This document shows, piece by piece, positions 11,089-22,643 of a stretch of 64,000 nucleotides of DNA (position 1 is its first letter; the number at the start of each line of letters is the position of its first letter). Location of the stretch: contig NIVC01001186.1 in NCBI GenBank assembly GCA_002269645.1, forward strand, positions 56,204 to 120,203, written 5' to 3'. This DNA comes from Macrostomum lignano (taxonomy: Eukaryota). The notes under the pieces are model-generated. The model ran no database searches, was not told the origin of the DNA, and saw only the letters and a list, made by a program, of their open reading frames with translations. A program made the translations under genes and the position numbers.

Positions 11089-14000
11089 TCAAATATCATC
11101 GCCCTCGATGAAACTGATAGGGTTTTGAACGGGACTCACCAGTCCTGTAGGTGTCAGGCGCAGAGTAGCCAGGTGTCGCAGGTGTGCAGCTGCCCTGCCC
11201 AAATTACAGTCGCAGCCCCAATCGGACACGGGCACGCATCCGCCGATCAGCTTTCCGTCTGATTGAGAAGACGGGCACCTGTCGTGAGCGATGGACGGCT
11301 GACAGTAGTCGCAGGTGAGGTTAGTCTTCAGACGAAGATGCAACTCTGCCTCGGTTGGGAACGAGGCGTCCAGCATCAGTTTTAGCGTCATGTTGCTTCC
11401 TCTGCAGTTGCTGTGGTCGAATTGCAGCGCCAAGCGACTGCCGATGTCGCCAGCCGCCTCGCAGGCCACATTGCTGCCAACCGTCAGGCTCCATTCGCCT
11501 AAATTTGCTGAAGCCAGCCGCGCCGAGCCCAGCTTCCAGATGGCAACATCGGTTGATTCGACAAATTGGTTTGCCTGACGAAGAGGCCGTTGTTTATTAA
11601 GCATTGAAAGATTTTGTCTCGATGCCGAATGGCAACAGGGAACTGGCCGACAACCGGCCCCGTTGCAGGAGTCCGGCCTGATTATTCCATCGTTTGGTTG
11701 CTTCGAACTTGTTGGGATGGGTAACTTCGTCGACGTTTTAAGAGTCGACGGTGATACTTTTGACGTCTGTCTGTCCGTCGTGGCTGTTACCGTTGACTCT
11801 GGCGTCAAACTGGTCATGGATGCCGTCGTAGCAGATGTAGTTTCCAAAGGCGCGGTTGATACTACTGCTGGAGCTATCCTACTAACGAGTAGTATTACAG
11901 CGGTGGCGCAGAAACAGCAGCTGATCAGAGCGAAGACAGCAATTGCTAGGGTGGCAATTTTCATGCCGCAAGCGGTTGACGATCTCCAACTACGGGATTC
12001 GTCGGCTGATTTGCTCTGCTCGGCTGAGTAGCTGCTTCTGGGAATGCAAGGTTGTTAAGGATTGAAGTTAAGGATCTAAGAGGTCGGGTTGGTTAGAACA
12101 GAGAGTTTATCCATCTTTGATGTTGCGTCATGGGGTTGGTTGGAACAGTGTCCATCTTTGATGTTGCGTCATGGGATTGGTTTGAACAGAAGAGTTTATC
12201 CATTTTTGTGATGTTGCGTCATGGGATTGGTTTGAACAGAAGAGTTTATCCATTTTTGTGATGTTGCGTCATGGGATTGGTTAGAACAGAAGAGTTTATC
12301 CATTTTTGTGATGTTGCGTCATGGGATTGGTTTGAACAGAAGAGTTTATCCATTTTTGTGATGTTGCGTCATGGGATTGGTTTGAACAGAAGAGTTTATC
12401 CATTTTTGTGATGTTGCGTCATGGGATTGGTTAGAACAGAGAGTGTCGTCCATCTTTGATGTTGCGTCATGGGGTTGGTTAGAACAGAGAGTGTCCATCT
12501 TTGAGGGTGAATCATGGAGTGTGTTATAGCATTGAATGTCTTACAATGAACTCAATCTGTTAACATAATGGTTCATAACTTTTTTGCTAGCTACTTTGAG
12601 TCTGCTCAAGAGATACGCATTTCAAACGTATCTCAGTAGCAAGTGAATTAAAGGCTTTCTGGCTGTTATCTGTGTAAACTGAAGCGGAGTCACTGATAAG
12701 GTCTCATAGATAGAGAGCGGTGAACATTGAGCTGCTTCTCTTTCTAACTGTACGATCACACATATGGTGCGTGTCAGGAAAAAAAGTGAAAGGAAATTAT
12801 CTGGAAGTTTCATAGAGTTTGACTTTTGCACTTTTTTGTCAGTAGATTTTTAAGAGACTTAACAGCAATTGGTAGAAGACTACAGTAATAAAGTTTCATT
12901 ATAGGTTTCGTATCCTGGAGTGTTGAAATGGAACTCTTGCCCATATGCCCGTGTACCTGTTGTGTGTCGTAGATTTTATAGATAGGTCTCAGGTCAAAAT
13001 TCAAATCTTGTTCACTAATTCGGAGAGGGGTTAGATAGCTGAGTATGACAACCCAGCGCAGTGCACTGTTAAAGCTGTATACAAGCCTTCAAATTATACA
13101 TATGATGAGATCTAATATAAGATTTATGGGACTCAAAAACAGTTTAAGATGAAGCCTCATTACCCAGCCTCCGGAGCTCTCGTAAGTGCAGCTCCACCAC
13201 GCCCTGTCTGCTGCTGCTGCCGCTGCTGTTCTGGACTCGCCGGAGCCCTGAGCGAGTCGCGCACCCGACAGAGCTGGCTTCGCATCCTCTCCAGCTCGCC
13301 AATTCGTTTGTCCAAGCTGGCCGTCAGCTCGCCGAGCTGCTTGACGGCGCCAACATTCTCCATATAGATTCGATCTTTGTTTACCAGCAGCAGCGGCTCG
13401 CCAGTGGTTGGCACCAGCTGGGTGCTGCTCTTGCGAACAGCGTCTGGCAGGACTCCGGCAACCTCCTGGGCGATGACGCCGGTGTCTCGAGAGGAGTGCG
13501 ACGCTCCAACACCACCCGGGCCGCCGTCCAGCCGCCTGTAATTGTAAATCCGGAGCTGGCTGATGTTGGCCAGCTGGTCGGCTGGTTGAAGCTCGTCCTC
13601 GATGGCTTTGATGCGAGCGTCCGATGGTTGCAGAAGGTTGCCATTTAGTTGAAGGTTTCCGCTCACCTGAAAGTTTAAGTTGGCATGGGAATTCGGGGAA
13701 TCTAGAGTTTTTTAGGATATACTTATGAGGTTTCCTAAATGACGACTCACAGACCATATTTATTAGAAGACTTCTAAAAGAGTTGCGAGTTTGTATGCTC
13801 AAGATTTGGGCCTACTGCACGGGCTGTGAGCAGTCCAACGGAGCATTAACTCAAGAACACAAAGTTCTATAAGTACGAGCTACAAATTTTTCTGTTTTAG
13901 AAATTCTAGAAGCTCAACTTTGAAATGAAATGAAAGACGTCAATTTTATTATAGTAAGATGTGCCACAGTACAAGGTAGCCAGATTTCAAATCTCACCGT

Positions 14001-16505
14001 CAGTGCTTCACCTGGTGTGGTCGTGTTGATGCCGACTCTGCCTGCGAATGCAGCCACTCCTTTGTCGGGAAAGCGCCAACCATCTGCTGCAGGCTGAGCT
14101 TCCTCGGTTGTCGAGTTCTGCTCCGCTGCGGCATCGGCTGTTCCGGCGGCTGTCGCTGAGGACGCTTCAAACTGTCCCGGATTCGAGGCGCGCACAATCA
14201 CCCTGCCGGAGAGCTGACGGCACAACGGCACAGCCAAGCCGGACTCCAGCACGGCGTCGATACCGACCGCCAGTCGAAAGAACCGTTGATCCGGGTGCAG
14301 CTCGCCGCGACGCCGCTGGTTGTTGAGCGTTGCCGATGTGAAATGCAGCCGTCCAGCCACTGCGCGAACGCGGACGCCTTGGCCCGGAAGACTCAACGGT
14401 TGCGTAACAAACTGACGCCGAGTCCGATTGGCCTCCGCTTGCTCAAGCGCGATCGGAGGCGACTCAAATGGCGATTCCGCTCGAACGGCGGTTAATGACA
14501 GCTGGAAACTGCGCACCAGCTGTACGGTGCAAGACGACTCATCATCGTGGCTTGGGGCAATCGGTACGGCCCACTGATGGCCGCTGACACCCACTATGCA
14601 GGTGATCTGGATGCGTGGAGATGAAGAGCACGTTGGCCTTGTGGTTTTACTGAAAGTTCATTTTTTTCCATTTTTACACCAAAAAAATCTGTAATTACTT
14701 CCGAATGGAGACAGACCCAATGTACATCCTTTCTTATAGCTCTATTGAAATCAATAAAGCTTTTTGTTTAGAAAGTAAGGATCCTATGGTAATTTTATAC
14801 CCTACGTACAAGTATTACTTTTTAATTGTACTTAGCTAATATAAAAGTTATTATCTTAGCCTTTATTTTCACTCAGTAGCTAGTGGTGAGACTTTATTAA
14901 AGTGCACTTTAATAAAAGACTAATATTAGACTAATTAGGTAATATTTATGAAAAAAGACGAATAAATATTTTCTCATTTGTATTGAATTTTTGTAGTTAA
15001 AATCCATTTTGTTATAGTCAATAAGCGAAGCATGATACAATTAAGATACATAAAGTCAATGAGTCTGTCATGTTTATGATTTCTAGGAACAGGACATGTA
15101 CGATATAAAATTAACGTAGAATTTTCTAATTTTGTAAGCGAAATTAGTTATGAATATCAATATAGCTACAAGACAGATAAGTCAATATCAGAAGATAAAC
15201 ATAGGGTCTGCCTTCGATCAAAAGCAATTACCGTCCTTCTACTTGAATATTGCCCCCGTCTGCTACATGTAGGCACTGCACCTGAAAATGGTTTTTCTTC
15301 TGGCTGATCCAGACGCCCTCTCGACCGCTGAATTGAAATCCTTTGTCGGCCTGAACACTGAAGATGGTGTCAGCTTGTCGAGTAGCCAGCTGCTGCTGTT
15401 GCTGCTGTGGGCCGCTGCAGTTCACCACCTCCAGCAAAGTGCCGATTGGAAATTCCGACCAGGATTCAAAGGTCAACGGTCGCTGCTCGGAGAACGTTGC
15501 TGGCGCTGCTGGATCGCGCGGATGAAATCCTGCATTTACAAGAAAAGTTGGCCGTGTAGCATCAAATATTACAAAGGTGACCGGCATTTTCAAAACTATA
15601 AAACTGGCTTACTTTGTCCAGGAACTCGTTCAGACAAAGTTCGCTGCAAACCGTAGCTGCAGAATCCATCCGTGGTTGGAGATGGTTGTTGAATCTGACC
15701 GCTTTGATCGACTCGTTCGTTGTATTGGTTATCAGTTTGAGACCTGAATTTATGTGAGAGCGCAAATGTAATTCAGGAAATTGCTAATTGAGCTCTCTCT
15801 GACTTTCATGTAAAGTTTTACGCTAATTCAGCAACTTGCCAGTCGGGCTCCTGAAGTTCGAAGGATTCCTCCAGCGACGCTGCGCTGTAATCATCTCCCA
15901 TTTGAAACGCGCGATTGTTAAAAACATTTCCATCTCCAACCAACAAGTCTGGTGGCGATTGAGCATCGGAACTGGAGTTAGATGCCGAATTTAATGGACT
16001 ATCGTTGTGTGGGCGCTTTGTCGGTGGAAGATGAGCAGGAAGCTGCGGACTGCCGCTTTCCGACTCATACTCCCGTTTACAGGCATTAGTCGTCGGTTGC
16101 TCAGAATTTCGGCGTGGCTGGGATCTAAATGTAAGGTTTTAAGTTCAAAAAGTTTGGAGAAGTTAAGTGGAATCGCTCTACAATCAGATATTTATCACTT
16201 AATATCCGTTAGCACTCACAACAGCTATAGCTTTCAATTATCTTTCGACCGACATCGATTTACATGTACGAGCATGTACGATCATCGAGTAATTGAACTT
16301 AGAAATTACCTTACCTTTTCGAAAATTCAAGCAAACTGTTTTCCTCCTTTACAACTGATGATTCATCGACGACGTAGCCAGAAATCAATGCATCTGCGCT
16401 TCCTCGATCTTGGTTTGAATAATGCATGCTATATTGATACTGGTTTGGAATTGCTGTGCTAAAAGATACACCCTGGTCAAATACTGAATTTTCATTCGGA
16501 TTCAT
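11089..16505 (-). CDS. MYRF: Myelin regulatory factor (NDT80-like DNA-binding domain + ICA/peptidase S74 + transmembrane helix + luminal domain), 7 exons
   Basis: Exons 16505-16315, 16124-15822, 15743-15613, 15529-15282, 14606-13998, 13666-13164 and 12037-11089, all GT-AG with matching phases. Motifs: QADKGFQFS..SQKKNHFQ, RLHF..T.NN.RRRG..HPDQRFF.L, RVIVRASNPGQFE, GRVGINT..PGEAL, PSDARIK, TGVIAQEV..LPDAV, VNKDRIYMENVGAVKQL. A hydrophobic helix IATLAIAVFALISCCFCATAVILLV follows, then an S/T-rich stalk and a Cys-rich tail. The extreme 3' end is uncertain (possible donor near 11135). Confidence 0.93.
12075..12505. repeat. About 57-bp minisatellite in MYRF intron 6
   Basis: Repeated GATGTTGCGTCATGGGATTGGTTTGAACAGAAGAGTTTATCCATTTTTGT. 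Confidence 0.92.
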
Positions 16506-18059
16506 AATGGACACTTTGATCTGAGTAAGTTGCAGCAAGATTGGCAGTTTCAAAGCCACTGCATAGCGCTAATAGCCGATTAATTACTCTCTAAATAGGT
16601 TTGAAAAAGTGCACTTTATAGCAGTATAAGAAATAATATGAATTTTTATTTTTCTAAGGGCCTAAAAGAATTAAAATTGTAACTTAAAACAAAGATTTAT
16701 TACAAAACTTTTGTGAAAATTGTGAAAATTGTAAAAACTTTAGTAAGTGCAATATTTCGCAGAAAAAAGACAAATTGTCACGCCTGTCGAACCTGTCAAA
16801 CCTGGCTTTGACGACGCCCTTTCAAATACCTTACTTAATAGAAATATCGTGTAGTACTCGTTTTCAGCGATCGTGTAAAATTTAACCTTTTGAATAAATA
16901 CTAAATAAATCGAATCATACTGGCATAACAGGCTCCTTAAGCCTGAGCCAAATTTACTACTACTGTCGACTGTCGTGCAGTTGCAGTGAAGTGCAGACTG
17001 CGAATATAAAGCTTGAAAGCATGCTTTGCTTTGCTTTGCATTGCTTTGCTTCAGACAAAGAATTAAAAATGAAAACACTGTCCGTAGGCCTAGTTCTAGC
17101 ACCTATTCCGAAGATGTTACGATGCAATGGTAGTATTGCTGGCTCAATGATGATCTAGAGTGAATCAGTAAGTGAGATTATGAAATAGGCCCCTAGTCAT
17201 AATTTGGAAGAATCCTTCCATTCCATAGTTTAGGCCCATGTCTATGTATGGCTAAAATATACTATACAGGCCTAGGCTAACTGTAGCCTAGTATAGGTAT
17301 GCCTTTCAAATTTTAAGTTTCTAATTTTTCATGGTGAAGTAAAGGTGAAGCAGCTTAGCAGCATTGAAAAATTTATTTGACTCACAGATTTAGGCCCTAA
17401 TGCTCATCCTGAAACTTAAAAGAACTAAAAACAATTGTTGATTGCACAAGTATTACTGCTTTATGTTATGTAGTGTTCAGCCTTAAGCAAGCCATAGCAT
17501 ACATTTAAGCTTAATTCAATTTTTGTGTTAGGCCTAAGAAAGCTAAGCCTTAAGCTTAAGTTAAGCTAGGGCCAATGGCCAATGCTTTGTCTATCCTAGC
17601 CATCTGTGGCTAGGGCCTATCCAATATATTATAAATTTAAATTAACTATAAATTGTATAATGATAATTAATTTTAATAAAAAATTGCCTTTCGCTATGAT
17701 GCTAATAGCCTATGATGCAGAGAAAGAAACTTGACTTGTTTAAAAAGGCTTATTTAGTCTAAAAACAAGGCTTTTAAATGTAAAATTTCCATACATTGCT
17801 CTTTTAAACTAATATTAAAGCTAGGCCCATGATTTGTTACAATTTGTATCATTATCATAAATATACAAGTGGAACTCCTCCTCTGGAGGAGAAAAGGGAA
17901 GAACTCCCATTACCAGAATTCTATTCCCTGAAATCCATCAGCTGAAAATCCATAACTTGAATCCCATCTTCCAAATCATCTCAAAATCCTCTGTAATGCC
18001 TTTCAAATACCATATCTTGTTTTCCATGTTCACAAAAACTGACTGCCATTGTCTAGACT

Positions 18060-18900
18060 CAGACTCTTTTGTCTCCTCTCTCCTCTTTGCTCTCTCATCT
18101 CTAGTCTCTCATCTCTCCACTCTCATTTCTACTGTCATATCTATCAACTTCTATCTCTTATCTCTGCACCCTGCACTTTCATTTTTACACTCTTCTTTCT
18201 CCTCACTAATTTTTCTTCTCTACACTTTCATCTCTCTTATCTCTGATCTTTCATCTTCCTTTTCTCTCCTCTCTCCTTTCTCTCTTTCCTCTATCCCTAC
18301 TCTTCTTGCTTATCTTTCCTCTCTCTCCTCTCATCTCTACTCCATTATTTATCTCTTCTCCCTCGTCTCATCTGTACCCTCTCCTGTCTCCTCTCCTCTC
18401 TTTTCTCTCTTCTTCATTCTCTCTTCTCTCCTCTCGTCGCCCCTCATCTTTTCTCTTTTCTAATCTCTTCTCTCTCTTATTTTCTCACTCATCTCTTTTC
18501 TCATCAAATCTCTTATCTCTGCTCTCCTCACTTCTTTCTTCTCTTAACTCTCTCATCTCTGAGCTTTTATCTCTCCCCTCTCTGCTCTCTCCCTTCCCCT
18601 TCTCCTCTCAATTCTCTCTCTCCTCTCTTATCCCTCATCTCACTCTTTCTTTTGCTATTCTCTCCTCTTTTCTATTTCCTCTGTAATCCCTCCTCTCATC
18701 TCTCTTGTCTCCTTCTGCTATCTCATATCTCCCCTCTCATCTCCTCTCTCCTCGTCTCTTCTCTCTCCCTCTTTGTTCCCGCCTTACTCCCGTCTTCTTT
18801 CCTATCTGTCATGTCTAATCTTTCCTTTCTCATTTCTAATCACTTTTCTATCATCTCTTTTCTTTTCTCTTTTCACCCTTCTCTTTACTCTTTTCTCTGA
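18060..18900. repeat. CT-rich low-complexity polypyrimidine tract
   Basis: Almost only C and T on +. The S/L/F-rich ORFs here are artefacts. Confidence 0.9.
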
Positions 18901-20374
18901 CTGACTGAAGATGCCAAATGTATCAAAATCCTCTCTGCAAAGCAGAAATCTTGTTTGTATAACTGAAAACCATCAAAATCCTTTCGGTGAAACTTAAATC
19001 CATCAAAATCGTCTCCGTAAAACAGAAATCCATCAAAATTCTACCTGCAAAACAGAAATCCTCTTTATGAAACTAGATTCCTTTGAAAATTCTCTCCATG
19101 AAACTGGACTCAATCAAAATTTTCTCTATCAAAAAGAACTTAACTCTCAGGGTTCAGTGGTTAGGGTTAGGGTTAGAGCTGCACAAAGCTGCTTACCTGT
19201 TAAAAGGTGCCGATAAGTAAAAATTGTACCAATTAAATCAATTGACTGTGCAATTTATTTCTCAGTCAGTCAGTGTCAGTTAAAGTTAACAAAATGATTG
19301 CGCAATTTAATCAACTATCCAATATACCATGACCAACCCCTTCCAATACACAGCAGCAAGTAAAAGTTTAACGCAATAATAAAACCAATTAAATCTCGGC
19401 ACTGTCCTATCTATCTACTTACACTGTACTGCTACTATATACACACAGCCCAAGCCTAACCCCCCTCTGTTTTGGGGGAATCATTAACTTTAACTCAAAC
19501 CCCAACATGCAGGGGGTTTTTTTGCATTGAACACAAGAATATGCGCACCCCTCATTATACAGCAACCCGCGGGTGGAGGTTGGGTGGTTTTTTTACAAAC
19601 TGACCGTCAACTATCTTACTGGAAAGACAAAAAGGCCAAAGAAGGTTAAAAGCGGTTTTCTGCTTTTTTAGGGATGCTAAAATATGAAAATTAAAAATTA
19701 AAATAGCCTAAAGCCTGATCCAGAAAATTTGCAGTTTTCCCATATAAGTTTTGACGCTGACTTGCCAGTATTGTAGGAGTTCACTTGCAACACAAACATT
19801 GCTAGAGTTTTAGTATATTGAGAGATAATAAAATTAAATTGGCTTTCAACTCAATAATAAGGTTGATCCTATCAATCCTATCAATGTCGTATCAATACAG
19901 AAGGCCTAATCATTAGGCCTCTAGCCCATTTAATTTAATTTAGTTCAATTAGTTTAAACAAATAATCATAGATTGTAGATTTATAGTTTTTTTAGTAAAC
20001 AATTATTTATTTTATATAGGTCCTATCAATTTATTTTATTAAATTTGATCTTTTACTTCTTTTTCTTTTAGTCATCAATTTCTTATTTTTATATTTGCTT
20101 CTATTAAAGGGGAGTTAGAGAAAATGGAACTTTTTGGTTGGTTGATTTGCTGACACCATAATTGGGTAGCCTAAACTTCAAATTTCTGCTGGCATAGAGT
20201 TTGCACAAATAATTCTAGAAAAATTGCATAGAAGTCTCAACAAATTTTGCCTGTTTTACTTTGGCTATTGGGATCCTCAATTCCAGGGGGAAGATGTAGT
20301 TGTTATTGTAGTCAAGTGGTTGTTTAGCAGGTACAGTCATTCAAATTGGGTCCTTAGACACCAAAGTCAATGTA

Positions 20375-21059
20375 CCCTATTGGAATAAGTTTCAAAAACC
20401 CGCGGATGCGCAACACAGGTGCCAAAATTGTGCCCTCAAAAGCGCGACGCAACACCAAATTTTGTTGACTGGGGGGTGGCAATGCGTAACACAACACCAA
20501 TGTCTGTTGACCAAATGACTGGGGGGGGGGGGAGGACACCACAGCAGCCACGTCGCAATTGACAATTCCCATTTTGCCATTCATTCCCAACACCGAGACC
20601 ATGGGGAAAAAGAAATGAAATTTAACAATAAACAGTAAAACAACAAAGGTACAACACTTAGAAAAACAGCGCACGCATTGTAACTAACAAGTAACATTTC
20701 TAAAAATTATAATTAAAGTATTTATTACTTTACCATCAAAATAAAAAAGAACAATACAAGAACTAGTTATTATCAAACATGTTTGAAACATTTAAATACG
20801 GAGAAACAACCGTGAAGATATTACAATGAAACACAGTTTGTGAGGTTTTGACTACAGATCCAGGCCGCAATGCGACACATGATGACACTAGCCGCCAAGT
20901 TGCCACACTGTTGCGACGCGATGCATGACAACACCAGGTTTCCACAGTGTTGCGCGACGCGATACACCACTTGTCACCACTGTTGCGTGACGCAACACCA
21001 GGAGAATCCAAAAATGTGACAGATGGTCGTCCAAATTTTGTCAACTTATTCCAATAGGG
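20375..21059. mobile_element. Non-autonomous DNA transposon (MITE), 685 bp, TIR CCCTATTGGAATAAGTT, 8-bp TSD TCAATGTA
   Basis: Left: TCAATGTA (20367-20374) then CCCTATTGGAATAAGTT. Right: AACTTATTCCAATAGGG then TCAATGTA (21060-21067). Internal GCGACGC(A/G)A(C/T)ACC-like motifs recur. Confidence 0.88.
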
Positions 21060-21309
21060 TCAATGTATATCAAATGCTTAGCTGATTACTTTAAGTAGAG
21101 TAGTGCTGCCACTACTGTGATTTACATATTATAAAACATTGGAGTCTCAGAGCTTTCTTTGAGATGAGACCTTTTGGTTGTTTTGTCCCACAGGCAAATA
21201 ACTCAAGCTCAAGATAATAAAAACTATAGGCTTTGCTAATCAATGAATAGATATTGTTAATGGTTTATTAATGGTATTATTAGTTACTTTAGATTAGATA
21301 GACATAGCA

Positions 21310-22110
21310 GGAAACATACATACCCAATACCCATCTAACCTGTTCAAATTAGACAGGTGAAATGGCCACTAGCCAAGGTAAATTGCAAAATTAAAAACAA
21401 AAAACAAAATTGGGGGGAAAAAGAAGAGAAAAAGAAAGAAAGGAGACAAAAAAGAGAGGAGAAAGAGAAAGAGAAAAAAAAGAAAAAAGGCAAGAAAAGT
21501 AATATACAAGTGAAAATTAAGTTGCAATTGGGGGAACTATTACTAAGTCATAATCAAGTGGAAATAAGTTGCAATTAGGAGAAACTAAGTTGCAAATCTG
21601 GACAAAACTAAGTTGCACTAAACAGGTAAAATTTTGAGGTTGGGCATATATGACAAGAAAGTATGTTAATAAAATTAACTAATATTACAATTAAGATTAG
21701 ATTCACTAGCAATGCCACTAATAAATACCAACATGGGGACAAGCAATTGTTATTATTAATTAGTTGCAACCCACCTACGACAGTATCTATATATAATTAT
21801 TATTTATTTAAATATTACAAAAGATTGCAACTTAGTTCCTCTTGATTGTGACTTAGTTCCTCCAATTTTGACTTAATTTTCACTTTGTATATGACTTTTC
21901 TTGCCTTTTTCTCTTTTCTTCTCTTTCTCTTTCTCTCTCATCTTCCCCCTCTCTCTCTTCTCCCTCCTCTTTTTGTCTTTTTCTCTTCCTCTCCTTTCTT
22001 TCTTCCCCCAATTTTTCTTTTTTTATTTTTGATTTTGTAACTTACCTTGGCTGGAGGCCATTTCACCTATCTAGTTTGGATGGGTTGGATGAGTGTTGGG
22101 CATATATGAT
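21310..22110. repeat. Imperfect long inverted repeat (arms about 21310-21590 and 21820-22110)
   Basis: ACAGGTGAAATGGCCACTAGCCAAGGTAA..AGGCAAGAAAAGTAATATACAAGTGAAAATTAAG is mirrored by CTTAATTTTCACTTTGTATATGACTTTTCTTGCCT..TTACCTTGGCTGGAGGCCATTTCACCT. Confidence 0.75.
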
Positions 22111-22643
22111 TATAATGCTAAAAATGCTATTTACAAAGTCAATTTTAAAACTAGAATTATTAAAATATATAGGTCTATTTAACATTGTAATAGTATCTTA
22201 TATGCATAGTCTTCATAAATTATATTATTTATGAGTTATTTTTGACAAAAAATGAAACATAGTTGACTATAGGCCTAGTTGTGACTTAGTTGGGCAAAGC
22301 TCCTATTAGTTGTTAACTTCTTTTCTTCTTTCTTTCTTTCTTCTATCAATTGCTTTGCTATCCTTTTTGCTTTTTTTTGAGTAAAGACCAATTTTTTGTG
22401 ACTTACCTTGGCTAGTTTGCTTAGAATTGCTAAGATGTCAAAGTGTATGGGGAATTGCTTAGGTGTCAATGCAAATGGAATTCACACAAATAATTGTTGT
22501 CCCTTGCAATTACCCAGCTTTTAACAATATTTATTGAATAAATTATTACAACACTATATTTTAGACTAGCATTTGAAAGTTAAATTATACTTAAAGCATT
22601 GAATGACTGTTTCTCTCAAATTAAATTTGCAATTCACAGCAAT

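Noticed and set aside
10355-12505. Regular repeats that might be taken for CRISPR arrays (also 23005, 41280, 43180)
   Set aside because: Units are directly adjacent with no unique spacers, there are no cas genes, and the context is eukaryotic.
17957-18900. S/L/F-rich hydrophobic ORFs
   Set aside because: Translation of CT-rich low-complexity DNA; the same applies to 57461-58301.
19159-19176. TTAGGG x3
   Set aside because: Too short to call an interstitial telomere.
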